Assembly: GCA_964491895.1 (NCBI GenBank)
Contig: CAZBHK010000002.1
Location: 79,660-143,659 of the forward strand
Reading direction: 5' to 3'
Origin: an uncultured Pseudomonadota bacterium
GTDB taxonomy: Bacteria > Babelota > Babeliae > Babelales > UBA12411
Length of the DNA stretch: 64,000 bases
Each line of letters starts with the position of its first letter. Position 1 is the stretch's first letter. The position numbers and the translations under genes were made by a program. The notes below the pieces were generated by a model that did not search any database, was not told the DNA's origin, and was given only the letters and a program-made list of their open reading frames with translations. Of the stretch, positions 7,917 through 18,135 are shown in pieces.

Positions 7917-10556
7917 TTATCCTAAAAAAGATACCTGGTCTTCCTTTTTTTCATCTATTTCTTCTTCATATAGATCCTCATCATCATCTATATAATCTGG
8001 ATCATCTTGCTCTAGAGCAGCCATAACCGCACCATCAAACTGCCTTGTTACTTTGTCTTTATCAATCTCAGCAGCAGCAAGTCCCTTAACATTAGAAGAA
8101 TGTCCACCTGTAGAACTATCTTCTCCTTCTGAATCAAATGCAACTACAGCTGAAAGCTCTTGTTTGTCATCTAGTCTTATCAAACGAACACCCTTAGCTT
8201 GCCTACCCATTGTTCGAATCTCAGTAGGCGAAAGTCTAATAATCTTTCCGTTAGTGTCGATTAACAACAAACTAGAAATATCTGAAACTTGTACTAACCC
8301 TATAACTTCTCCATTACGTTTCTCTGTAGGTATAGTACGAACTCCCATACCACCTCTATGCGCAACACGAAAATCTTCAATTTTAACACGTTTTCCATAA
8401 CCACGAGAGGTAGCGAAAAGAAGATCATGTTCATTAGACACCACTTGTAACCCTACAACAGTATCATCTTTTTTAAGCCTTATACCACGCACTCCAGCAG
8501 CTTGCCTACCCATTGGACGAACTTCTGACTCATTAAACCTAATACCTTGACCTTTTTTTGTTGCTATAACAATTGTATCATTACCATTACTAATTCCACA
8601 AAAAACAAGCTCATCACCCTCATTTAAACCTACAGCCTTTATACCAGTACATCTAATCTTAGCAAAGGCTTCAGATGGAGTCTTTTTGATTGTACCTGCC
8701 TTAGAGACCATAACAATAAATTTATTTTCCATATCACGAAGACATAAAAGCTTTACAACTTTCTCTCCCTGAGTTAATGGCAATATATTTACAATAGCTC
8801 TACCCTTAGCAATACGTGAAGCTTCTGGAATCTCATATACTTGTAAACCGTATACTCTTCCCAAATTTGTAAAGAAAAGTAACTCATCATGATTCTTTGC
8901 TATAAATACATCTTCAATAAAATCTTCAGCTTCTTCTAAATCTGTAATACCTTTCTTACCCTTTCCACCTCTATGCTGAACATCATAGGTTTCTAATGGC
9001 ACACGTTTTATATAACCCTTATGTGTAAGAGTAACCAATACTTCTTGATCAGGTATAAGATCAACCTCTTCTAAAATATCAACGGCTGCTTCGATTTTGG
9101 ATTTACGTGCATCTTTATAAGTAGCTATTACAACTTCAAGTTCTTGTATAATTTCTTGTTTCAAAACTTCTTCATCATTTAAAATTAAAAGAAATCTCAT
9201 GATATTTTTCTTAATTTCTTCCATTTCCTGACGAATACTATCACGCTCAAGACCAGTTAATTTTGAAAGCCTCATCTCTAAAATAGCCTTGGATTGCTCA
9301 ATAGAAAGATTATACTTTTTATTGAGCGCTTCGCTTGCTTCTAAAGAACTCTTAGAACTCTTAATCAGAGGTATAACATCATCAATATTATCAAGAGCTA
9401 TAATCAGACCTTCAAGAATATGTTCCCTTGCCTTAGACTTTGCTAAGTCAAACTCTGTCCTCTTGATAATCATATCTTTTCTATGTACCAAGAAATGATC
9501 AAGCATCTCTCTAAGAGTAAATATAAATGGTCTGTTTTGATATAAAGCTAACATTAAAATAGCAAATGAAGACTGTAACGCTGTATGCTTATATAACTGA
9601 TTTAAAACAACTTGTGGAATCTCTCCACGCTTTAGTTCTATAACAAGACGAATACCACGCTTGTCAGATTCATCACGAATATTAGAAATACCATCTATAA
9701 CTTTATTTTTAACTAGATCAGCAATCTTATTAATCAAATCAACCTTATTAACTTGATAAGGTATCTCTGTAATAACAAGTGCTAAATGCTTAGCATTTTC
9801 TTCTACGTCAACAACACCACGAACAATAACTTTACCATGCCCAGTTTTGTATGCCTGAACAATACCACCACGACCACAAATCACCCCACCTGTTGGAAAA
9901 TCTGGTGCCGGGACTAATTCAAATAATTCATCATTTGTAAGTCTTGGATTTTTTAAAATAGCTATACAAGCACTACCAACCTCTCCAATATTATGTGGAG
10001 GAATAAAAGTAGCCATACCTACAGCAATACCACTAGCACCATTAATCAAAAGATTAGGAATCTTACTTGGTAACAATGTAGGTTCAAATATAGACTCATC
10101 ATAGTTAGGAACAAATGGAACAGTATTTTTTTCAATATCTGCAAGTAATTCTTGAGCAATCTTAGACATACGTGCTTCTGTATAACGCATAGCAGCAGCA
10201 TTATCACCATCAATCGATCCCCAGTTACCTTGACCATCTAACAAAGGATACCTACGAGCAAATGTTTGCGCCAAGTTCACCATAGATTGATAAATAGATT
10301 GATCTCCATGTGGATGATACTTTCCAATTACCTCTCCAACCACAGTTGCAGATTTTCTATATTGCCTATTGTAATAGTACCCTAACGTATGCATAGCATA
10401 TAAAATTCTTCTTTGAACAGGTTTTAAACCATCTCTCACATCAGGCAATGCTCGACTAACAATAACCGACATCGCATAGTCCAAAAAGGACGTTTTCAAC
10501 TCCTTTTCTATTGAAATAGGAAGAACAGATATAGAATTTTTAGTAGAGTTTTCCAT
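7917..10556 (-). CDS. gyrA: DNA gyrase subunit A
   Basis: The N-terminus is IEKELKTSFLDYAMSVIVSRALPDVRDGLKPVQRRILY. The active-site region is AAAMRYTEARM. GyrA-box beta-pinwheel repeats are present, and the C-terminal tail is acidic. Confidence 0.97.
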   Translation of the reverse strand: MENSTKNSISVLPISIEKELKTSFLDYAMSVIVSRALPDVRDGLKPVQRRILYAMHTLGYYYNRQYRKSATVVGEVIGKYHPHGDQSIYQSMVNLAQTFARRYPLLDGQGNWGSIDGDNAAAMRYTEARMSKIAQELLADIEKNTVPFVPNYDESIFEPTLLPSKIPNLLINGASGIAVGMATFIPPHNIGEVGSACIAILKNPRLTNDELFELVPAPDFPTGGVICGRGGIVQAYKTGHGKVIVRGVVDVEENAKHLALVITEIPYQVNKVDLINKIADLVKNKVIDGISNIRDESDKRGIRLVIELKRGEIPQVVLNQLYKHTALQSSFAILMLALYQNRPFIFTLREMLDHFLVHRKDMIIKRTEFDLAKSKAREHILEGLIIALDNIDDVIPLIKSSKSSLEASEALNKKYNLSIEQSKAILEMRLSKLTGLERDSIRQEMEEIKKNIMRFLLILNDEEVLKQEIIQELEVVIATYKDARKSKIEAAVDILEEVDLIPDQEVLVTLTHKGYIKRVPLETYDVQHRGGKGKKGITDLEEAEDFIEDVFIAKNHDELLFFTNLGRVYGLQVYEIPEASRIAKGRAIVNILPLTQGEKVVKLLCLRDMENKFIVMVSKAGTIKKTPSEAFAKIRCTGIKAVGLNEGDELVFCGISNGNDTIVIATKKGQGIRFNESEVRPMGRQAAGVRGIRLKKDDTVVGLQVVSNEHDLLFATSRGYGKRVKIEDFRVAHRGGMGVRTIPTEKRNGEVIGLVQVSDISSLLLIDTNGKIIRLSPTEIRTMGRQAKGVRLIRLDDKQELSAVVAFDSEGEDSSTGGHSSNVKGLAAAEIDKDKVTRQFDGAVMAALEQDDPDYIDDDEDLYEEEIDEKKEDQVSFLG

Positions 10557-10667
10557 ATTTTACCTTATAAACTTACTATTAGATTTCCGCATTTCCACAA
10601 GAATACATAGCTCAAATTCTGAATACAAGACTTACGCTATTTGTGGTATAATTTACCCAACTAAGGG

Positions 10668-11117
10668 CTAACTCAACATTTTAATAACTTGCATAAATAT
10701 CAATGTAAATACCCCTGCAAAAACATCATCTATCATTATACCAAATCCACCAAGAAAGTCTTGAGTTTTATTGATTGGAAAAGGCTTTACTATGTCAAAA
10801 AATCTAAAAATACAAACGGCTATCGTATATAAAAATATACTCTTAGGCAAAAAACAAAGAGAAATCATCATTCCAACCAACTCATCCACAACCACTTTTG
10901 AAGGATCAACAACTCCTGAATCTATAGCAACTTGTTGGCTAAATAACAACCCTACAATAAAAAAAAATAGAATGAAAATAAGATAAATATACAAAGGAAT
11001 TACAGGAAGAAAATATATAACAAGAGCAACAATAAGACTACAAACTGTGCCTGGCGCATAAGGCACATAACCTATAAAACAAACTGTAGCAATCAACTCT
11101 GATAAATATTTATACAT
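10668..11117 (-). CDS. pgpA: Phosphatidylglycerophosphatase A
   Basis: PgpA pattern: FIGYVPYAPGTVCSL ... DPSKVVVDELVGM ... KPFPIN. Polytopic membrane protein. Confidence 0.85.
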   Translation of the reverse strand: MYKYLSELIATVCFIGYVPYAPGTVCSLIVALVIYFLPVIPLYIYLIFILFFFIVGLLFSQQVAIDSGVVDPSKVVVDELVGMMISLCFLPKSIFLYTIAVCIFRFFDIVKPFPINKTQDFLGGFGIMIDDVFAGVFTLIFMQVIKMLS

Positions 11118-11666
11118 TCATAACCTTTTTAAATAGTCCAGATTAGTTATTAAATAATCTAACCCTGAATACACTGTTAACCAAACAACAGCATGTATAA
11201 ATAAAATAATAGGAAAATTATCCATAACTGCAAAATGCCTAAAATTACACATTACTAAAATTACATAAATAAGAACCATTTGGAAAAAAGTTTTCCACTT
11301 ACCTAAAGCAGATGTTCTTAAAATAATTCCATGTAATGTAAAAAAAATTCGTAATCCTGTAATAATCAAATCTCTAAAAATTATTATTAAAAGCATCCAA
11401 AGTTCTAAAATTCCAAAAATATAAAATGTTATAAAAGCTGTTATAACCAAAACCTTATCAGCTAATGGATCTAAAAACATTCCATATTTTGAAACAAGAC
11501 CTAACTTTCTTGCAAAATAACCATCATAATAATCTGTTATAGCAGCTAATGTAAAAATCAAAATAGCAAGATAACCATAGCCTTTTAGAAAACAAAAAAC
11601 AAAAACAGGGGTCAAAACTATACGAAGAAGAGATAAAATATTAGGTAAAAAAAAGAGTATATTCAT
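11118..11666 (-). CDS. pgsA: CDP-alcohol phosphatidyltransferase (PgsA-like)
   Basis: CDP-alcohol motif DYYDGYFARKLGLVSKYGMFLDPLADK (DGxxARx8Gx3Dx3D). Directly abuts pgpA. Confidence 0.8.
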   Translation of the reverse strand: MNILFFLPNILSLLRIVLTPVFVFCFLKGYGYLAILIFTLAAITDYYDGYFARKLGLVSKYGMFLDPLADKVLVITAFITFYIFGILELWMLLIIIFRDLIITGLRIFFTLHGIILRTSALGKWKTFFQMVLIYVILVMCNFRHFAVMDNFPIILFIHAVVWLTVYSGLDYLITNLDYLKRL

Positions 11667-12736
11667 TACAATGTACTATACTCTTTAATCTTATAAACTA
11701 CCGCTTCTACTGGAATATTTTCAACCCAGGCATCATGACCCTGTGCAAAAATAATAGAATCTTTTTTTTGACCATATGGAATCCACTCAGGATTTTTATT
11801 TCTCATAAGAGAAATAATAGGAATTCGTAAAACAGAAGCAAAATGCATTACAGATGTTTCTACAGAGATCACAAGATTACATTCTTTAATAACCGATGGA
11901 AGTTGAAAAAAATTATCTCTAGCTTCTAAATAAAAAATTTTATCTAAGCCAGCAAAAACTTTTCTTACTTGCTCCGCTTCAATAGGCGGTGTATTAATAA
12001 TAAAACATGTATCTTCAGCAGAAAGCTCTACTACTAATTGTCTAGATTTTTCTATAGGCCAACAACGTTTTTTATTCTTTGCAAACGAATTTACAAAAAC
12101 TACCTTTTTATATTTTGTAATATTATTAATTTCAAAAAACTTTTGTCCATAATCTTCCCATTCAACAGGAATTTCAATATTTAAATCATCATTAGTAAAC
12201 TCTAATCCAAAAAGCAGCTTAAACCATGTTGCATAAAGCTCTATAATATGCCAGTCAGGTTTATCAAAGGTTCTTGGAAGCTCATCATCCAAATATTTTG
12301 TAAGATCACGTCTCTTACTACGTATACCTACAACATATCCCTTAGGACAAATATATCGAGACCATTTTGCATATTTATGTGCACGTACACCACACAAAGA
12401 AATTACAACCGAATATTGTTCATTTTTTAATTCTTGAATAGTCTTTTTAAATAAACCCCACGTATGCGTTCTTGTATATACCTTATTAAAATAAGAACAA
12501 TTAGAAATCCATTCAGTTATAGGATTACGTTCAAGATATTTCCATTTCCAAAATAATCTAGTACGTCGTACATCATCAACCAAAATATCTATTTTTAAAT
12601 TTGGATACTCTTCAGAAAGAGTTTTAAAAAACTGACGCATATAGGTAAAATCACCTAATGCCAAATGAGTAACAAATAAAATTCTATCCAAATTTTTTAA
12701 AAGATGTTCAGATAAATATCTTTCATTATAAGACAT
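11666..12736 (-). CDS. Glycosyltransferase family 9 (heptosyltransferase-like), divergent
   Basis: N-terminal LALGD motif and a C-terminal VETSVMHFASVLRIPIISL, which resembles the GT9 DxGxxHLA region. There is a 1-nt TAATG overlap with pgsA and an 11-nt overlap with yicC. Confidence 0.6.
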   Translation of the reverse strand: MSYNERYLSEHLLKNLDRILFVTHLALGDFTYMRQFFKTLSEEYPNLKIDILVDDVRRTRLFWKWKYLERNPITEWISNCSYFNKVYTRTHTWGLFKKTIQELKNEQYSVVISLCGVRAHKYAKWSRYICPKGYVVGIRSKRRDLTKYLDDELPRTFDKPDWHIIELYATWFKLLFGLEFTNDDLNIEIPVEWEDYGQKFFEINNITKYKKVVFVNSFAKNKKRCWPIEKSRQLVVELSAEDTCFIINTPPIEAEQVRKVFAGLDKIFYLEARDNFFQLPSVIKECNLVISVETSVMHFASVLRIPIISLMRNKNPEWIPYGQKKDSIIFAQGHDAWVENIPVEAVVYKIKEYSTL

Positions 12737-13616
12737 TTTGAGATTGCTCCCGCACTTTTTCTAACTCAACCTTTATATCCACAGCAAGCTTACTAATATC
12801 AGCATTTGAGCATTTTGCAGCAATAGTATTAGTCTCTCTAACTAACTCCTGTAACATAAAGTCTAAACGCTTACCCTTTTCTATCTCCTTACCAAGAATA
12901 AGAGATTTAACTGTAGAAAGATGACTTTGGAACCTAGTAATCTCTTCATGTATATCAATTTTATTTAACATGGAATATAAATCTTCGAGTTTACCCTTAG
13001 CAGACTCATCACCTGATTCAAGTGATTGAGATGTCTTAGAAATAAGGTTCTTCTGTTGCACCATTAATTTTTCATACATTATAGAAACTTTTTCTAAACT
13101 TTTTTCACATAAGCTAAATCTTTTTTCTATATCCTTCTTTAGATGATCCCCTTCATTCATTCTTTCTTTAATAACCTGATCAGCAACCTTTTCTACAGCT
13201 AATAAAATATTTTTTTTAGCTGCTCCTGTAAAAATCGGTTTTTCTGCATCAAATACACTAGGAAGAGCTAACATATCAGAAATTGTTATTTCACCACGAA
13301 CACCAAGTTTTTGCTTAATAGTATTTGCAGCATCAAGATATCCCTGTGCTATTTTTAATGATGGAATAACAGCGCCTATCTCACCTTCTGCTGTTGTAGG
13401 CTGTATGGAACAATAAATACGACCACGAATAAGTTTTTTTCTAAGCGTTGAATAAATATCCGTCTCTAAGAAAGTAAGATTTTTAGATAATCGAGTAGTC
13501 AGCTCAAAAAAACGTGAGTTTAATGATTTAATCTCTATAGTCACTGATACAATTTTACCCTTAGAAATTACTAGATCCATAGTCTCAGCGCTATAACCTG
13601 TCATACTAAATAACAT
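12726..13616 (-). CDS. yicC: YicC-family stress-induced endoribonuclease
   Basis: N-terminal SMTGY, an N-terminal YicC-like domain, and a C-terminal DUF1732-like region LQELVRETNTIAAK. Confidence 0.8.
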   Translation of the reverse strand: MLFSMTGYSAETMDLVISKGKIVSVTIEIKSLNSRFFELTTRLSKNLTFLETDIYSTLRKKLIRGRIYCSIQPTTAEGEIGAVIPSLKIAQGYLDAANTIKQKLGVRGEITISDMLALPSVFDAEKPIFTGAAKKNILLAVEKVADQVIKERMNEGDHLKKDIEKRFSLCEKSLEKVSIMYEKLMVQQKNLISKTSQSLESGDESAKGKLEDLYSMLNKIDIHEEITRFQSHLSTVKSLILGKEIEKGKRLDFMLQELVRETNTIAAKCSNADISKLAVDIKVELEKVREQSQNVL

Positions 13617-13624
13617 TAATACTC

Positions 13625-14341
13625 CTACTTTAAATTTGCATACGTACCTTGAACATCATCAAGATCGTCAATTGCTTCTAAAAGCTTATATGCTTTTTCT
13701 TCACTTTCACCAACAAGCTCAATTGGATCTTTAGTAATCCATGAGATCTCGGCGCTTTCTACAACTAATCTAGATTGCTCTAACCCTTTTTTTACTTTTT
13801 CAAGATCTTCTGAAGCACAAATAACAGTGGAACCTTCCTTATTATAAATAAAATCATCAATATCATAATTTAATAAGAATTCCAATATTTCATCTTCGGA
13901 CTTATCACCAGTTTTTATAATAAGCTCAGCCTTGCGTTCAAACATCCAACTTACTGAGCCTGTTTCTGCAAGATTACCACCATACCTAGAAAAACAATGT
14001 CTTAACTCAGATACAGTTCTATTCTTATTATCGGTTAAAACATCAAGAATAATAGCCATGCCACCTGGACCATAACCTTCATAACGCATTGCTTCATAGG
14101 TAACACCAGCAAGCTCACCCGTACCTTTTTTAATAGCTCTAGAAATATTATCATTAGGCATATTAGCAGCTTTTGCTTTTTCTATTAAAAGCCTAAGCCT
14201 AGCATTACCATCAGGGTCGCCACCACCCTCTTTAGCAGAAACGGTAATCTCCTTAGTTAATCTAGTAAATGCCTTTCCTTTTTGCACATCTTGTTTAGAC
14301 TTTTTATGCTTTATATTCGCCCACTTTGAATGACCTGACAT
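13625..14341 (-). CDS. yebC: YebC/PmpR-family transcriptional regulator
   Basis: MSGHSKWANIKHKK ... GGGDPDGNARL ... YEGYGPGG. Confidence 0.95.
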   Translation of the reverse strand: MSGHSKWANIKHKKSKQDVQKGKAFTRLTKEITVSAKEGGGDPDGNARLRLLIEKAKAANMPNDNISRAIKKGTGELAGVTYEAMRYEGYGPGGMAIILDVLTDNKNRTVSELRHCFSRYGGNLAETGSVSWMFERKAELIIKTGDKSEDEILEFLLNYDIDDFIYNKEGSTVICASEDLEKVKKGLEQSRLVVESAEISWITKDPIELVGESEEKAYKLLEAIDDLDDVQGTYANLK

Positions 14342-14381
14342 AGTACTCCAGAATGAATAAATTAATAAAGTATAAATCTAA

Positions 14382-15743
14382 CTAGTTTTGAACTATTTGT
14401 CGATACGACCTTACCAAAACAGGTCCAATCAAATAACAAATAAATGATACTAATAAGGCAAATAAAGAACCTGGCCACATAACCGGTGGGAAAATCTTAA
14501 AGTATATAAATCCTAAAATACCACCAAACATAGAAAAGGCTGCTGCTTCTTTTGCCAATTTTTTCTTAAAAAAACAAAACATAACCGAAACTAATAAGCT
14601 AGTAATAATAATTTCATAACTTTCTACAAGAACCTCAATAACATTATCAAAACGATAAGCTACTATTAAAGCAAATGAACCAACTAAAAAAGTAATAAGT
14701 TGAGAAAATTTAAGATTATTTTTAATTCCTAAAAATGAGAAATTAAAATCCTGTGCAATATTAGAACTTATAGCACATAATAATGAATCAGCGGTAGAAA
14801 CTATGGCTGCAAAAATTGCACACATTACCAAAACAACCACAAACTCTCCAAATACACGTTCTATCAATACTACTAAAGGACTTTCACCTAACGGTATCAC
14901 TAAACCCATTAATCTTGCCTTCATTCCTAAATAAACCGGGATATAGGAAAATAAAACTAAAAGCACGCCAGAAGTTAAAGCTGAAAGTGCTGCAATTTTT
15001 CTACTCTTAGCAGCAAAAAATCGCTGTGATAAATCTTGTTCCACAAACGCCAATAAAAACGGCATTAACAAAATATTAAGTAATCTTGAAAATGATAATT
15101 TTTCAGATGAAATAAATGCTGTCGGTGTAATCAAAAAAACACTATCACTACCAACTAAATAAAAGAAAACACCACCCAAAACAATTATAATAAATCCAAC
15201 CTGGAAAATGTCAGTTGCTACAACAGCTCGTAAACCACCGATAACCGTATAAAGCATTATAAACAGCCAAAAAATAATTAATACCGACTCATTTCTAATG
15301 CCTAAGCCTAAAAATGACTCTCGAGAACCAACAACCGTTCCAATCAAAATACCACATAATGACAAGGCCGATATCGCAGAAGCAACCTTACGCAAAAACT
15401 TAGATTTATATTTTTTTTCAAAAAGCTCTGCTGTGGTCACTATATCAAAATCACGAAGCTTAGCCGCAAATCCAAAACCCAGAACTAAAAATCCTAACGC
15501 TAATCCTAATGAATAAAAAATACCATAATATCCAACAAAATATGCCTCCTTAGCTGTACCCAGAATAACACCACCACCAATCTGTGTTGCTAAAAGTGTC
15601 GCAACTAAAAAACCAAAACCTAAGCTTCTATTAGCTAAAAAATAATCATTATTATTTTTTATATTCTTAGATGCAAAAATACCAATAATAAGATATACAA
15701 CAGCTAAGACAGAAAAAACAGTTAAAAATAACGTTATATTCAT
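14382..15743 (-). CDS. Sodium:solute symporter family transporter
   Basis: About 12-13 TM helices. The N-terminal YFLANRSLG motif is typical of the SSF (PutP/PanF-like) family. Confidence 0.7.
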   Translation of the reverse strand: MNITLFLTVFSVLAVVYLIIGIFASKNIKNNNDYFLANRSLGFGFLVATLLATQIGGGVILGTAKEAYFVGYYGIFYSLGLALGFLVLGFGFAAKLRDFDIVTTAELFEKKYKSKFLRKVASAISALSLCGILIGTVVGSRESFLGLGIRNESVLIIFWLFIMLYTVIGGLRAVVATDIFQVGFIIIVLGGVFFYLVGSDSVFLITPTAFISSEKLSFSRLLNILLMPFLLAFVEQDLSQRFFAAKSRKIAALSALTSGVLLVLFSYIPVYLGMKARLMGLVIPLGESPLVVLIERVFGEFVVVLVMCAIFAAIVSTADSLLCAISSNIAQDFNFSFLGIKNNLKFSQLITFLVGSFALIVAYRFDNVIEVLVESYEIIITSLLVSVMFCFFKKKLAKEAAAFSMFGGILGFIYFKIFPPVMWPGSLFALLVSFICYLIGPVLVRSYRQIVQN

Positions 15744-15920
15744 TTTTAGACTCCTAATAATTAGTCTATAGATTAAACACTGAAACTATAAAATGGAATT
15801 TTACAATAAAATATATTTATTAAGCCGTATAAAAATGATGATTATATGAATCAAATAATGAGAAAATTCTTGAAAGAAATTCTAAATTTATTTTAATAAG
15901 CGTATACATAATTACTTTCA

Positions 15921-16730
15921 TTATTTTTTGAATCTAGCATAGATACCACATTGCAACAATCTTTTACGAGAAACCTCTTCTAGAAAAAGATCTCCACACT
16001 CTATCTCAACATTAGGGAAAGCGTCTTCCAAAACATTCCCTATAACATATGGAGAATATCCCATTGAATAACTATTCAATAATACAAATGATGGTGAAAG
16101 TTTCCTACATAGTTCTAACAAGTTTAAAATATCTTTTTCAAACTTGAAAAACTGTCCATCTTTACCCTTTCCAAATGCCGGTGGATCCAAAATAATACCA
16201 TCATATCTTGCTCCACGCTTAATCTCTCTTGTAACAAACTTGATACAATCATCAATAATATGACGAATAGGCGCAACATCCAAAGAATTCAAATTTTTAT
16301 TCTTGAGAAACCATGTAATAACAGCTTGAGAAGAATCAACATGTACAACCTTTCCTCCTGCCATAGCAACAGCTAAAGTAGAACCCCCGGTATAACCAAA
16401 AAGATTTAAAACTTCTGCTTGATTTTTGTAAGATCTTACTACACCAGTAAGCCATTTCCAATTCTCAACCTGTTCAGGGAAAATACCTATATTTTTTGTC
16501 TTAGATAACTTCAATTCTAATGAAAATGGACCACAAGAAACAATCCAAGGCTGCTTAAAACTAGCCTTTACTTCCCAACGATCATTAGTATAAATAGCAT
16601 CAGGCTTCCAACTATAATTTTGAGGCTTCCAAATTATAGTTGAATCATGCCTAGAAATAATATTTTTACCAAAACGTTCTAATGTATGACCATTACCTGA
16701 ATCAAGTAACTGGTAGTCTAATTTAATCAT
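15921..16730 (-). CDS. Class I SAM-dependent (rRNA-type, RlmI/RlmK C-terminal-like) methyltransferase
   Basis: SAM motif I VLNLFGYTGGSTLAVA and catalytic-region IILDPPAFGKGK. Confidence 0.75.
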   Translation of the reverse strand: MIKLDYQLLDSGNGHTLERFGKNIISRHDSTIIWKPQNYSWKPDAIYTNDRWEVKASFKQPWIVSCGPFSLELKLSKTKNIGIFPEQVENWKWLTGVVRSYKNQAEVLNLFGYTGGSTLAVAMAGGKVVHVDSSQAVITWFLKNKNLNSLDVAPIRHIIDDCIKFVTREIKRGARYDGIILDPPAFGKGKDGQFFKFEKDILNLLELCRKLSPSFVLLNSYSMGYSPYVIGNVLEDAFPNVEIECGDLFLEEVSRKRLLQCGIYARFKK

Positions 16731-16995
16731 TTAATCTCTTATTCTCGCTATATAAAAAAACGAGCCACAGTATCCAAATACAATGAAATAAAAACATCTT
16801 CTTCAACTGCAACGCCAATAGTCTCAACAATAAAATTCTTAGATAACAATAATCTTAAAACAAATTCTTGATATAAGCAATAAGACTGATTCAACACAAC
16901 TAAGCTAGATATCACCAAGCCAAACTTTAACTATACCATGGATAAACATACATTACCTTGGACTCATAGCCGTTTCTTTTTTTTCACCAATTCTC

Positions 16996-18024
16996 TTAAA
17001 ATAATTCTGTTTGTAACACTTCATTAAAAAGTCTTCTTCGTAAATAAAGCATTTTCTGAGGAGTAATAACTCGACCTCTAGGACCCTTTTGTAAAAAACC
17101 AAGACGTAAAAGAAATGGCTCCACAAAGGCCTCTATTGTATCTTTGTCCTCACCTGTTATAGCAGCTAAAGTCTCAAGACCTACTGGTCCGCCACCAAAA
17201 TCCTTAATAATCTTGGAAAGCAACTCCCTATCCAACTTAGTTAAGCCATCCTCGTCAATACCAAGAAATGTAAGTGCTTCCTCTACAACAATTTTGTCTA
17301 TTTTCTCTTTCTTTTTCACTTGAGCAAAATCTCTTACTCTTCTTAATAGTCTCTTTACTATACGAGGCGTACCACGTGCACGTCTTCCTATAGTAAGAGC
17401 CGCATCATCTTCTATATCAATCTTAAAAAAAATAGCATTTTGTTGGACAATTTTTGCAAGATCTTCGGCTTCATAAAAATCTAACCGCTCTACAATACCA
17501 AAACGTGTTTGCAATGGACCTGATATTAATGATGTCTTAGTAGTAGCACCAATAACAGTAAATGGATTTAATGGCAATCTTATTGATTTAGCACCTGCTC
17601 CTTGACCAACGATCATATCTACACAAAAATTCTCCATCGCACTATAAAGAGACTCTTCAACATTTTTTGGCATTCTATGAATCTCATCAATAAAAAGAAT
17701 CTCTTTCTCTGCCATGTTAGACAAAATTGCAACAAGGTCACCACTTCTTTCTAAGACAGGACCACTTGTTATCTTAATATTAACGCCAAGCTCTTTTGCC
17801 ATAACCTGTGCTAAGGTTGTTTTTCCCAGTCCCGGAGGCCCAAAAAGTAATAAGTGATCTAATGACTCTCCCCTCATCTTACAAGCCTGTGTATAAACTT
17901 GAAGCTTCTCTTTAACAGCCTGCTGCCCAAGATACTCGTCAAAATTACTTGGATTGAATGCAAGATTCCGATCTTCGAAATTCTCCTGCATATTCAAAAG
18001 TTCTATAGGCTCATTTAAATTCAT
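16996..18024 (-). CDS. ruvB: Holliday junction helicase RuvB
   Basis: Walker A GPPGLGKTT, Walker B LFIDEIH, and RGTPRI. The track ORF extends to 18099, but its first 25 aa (MNFIICLDKLYY...) look non-RuvB. The Met at 18024 or 18030 fits the usual length. Confidence 0.93.
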   Translation of the reverse strand: MNLNEPIELLNMQENFEDRNLAFNPSNFDEYLGQQAVKEKLQVYTQACKMRGESLDHLLLFGPPGLGKTTLAQVMAKELGVNIKITSGPVLERSGDLVAILSNMAEKEILFIDEIHRMPKNVEESLYSAMENFCVDMIVGQGAGAKSIRLPLNPFTVIGATTKTSLISGPLQTRFGIVERLDFYEAEDLAKIVQQNAIFFKIDIEDDAALTIGRRARGTPRIVKRLLRRVRDFAQVKKKEKIDKIVVEEALTFLGIDEDGLTKLDRELLSKIIKDFGGGPVGLETLAAITGEDKDTIEAFVEPFLLRLGFLQKGPRGRVITPQKMLYLRRRLFNEVLQTELF

Positions 18025-18135
18025 AATCATCTCTATTATAAAAAAATTAATCTCACTAGAAATATAATACAACTTATCCAAGCAAATTATAAAATTCAAA
18101 AAAAATATAAGTTGAAAATAGATAAAAATCTTGGA

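Noticed and set aside
7917-8060. Acidic D/E-rich C-terminal tail of GyrA as a novelty.
   Set aside because: Acidic GyrA tails are well known, for example in E. coli, and modulate DNA wrapping, so this is not unusual.
16996-18099. N-terminal extensions in track ORFs: RuvB 25 aa, MacA-like 21 aa (27266-27328), SerS 6 aa (52101-52118).
   Set aside because: The extensions are hydrophobic or AT-biased, lack homology to the family N-termini, and overlap upstream genes or regions. Internal Met starts fit the family lengths better.
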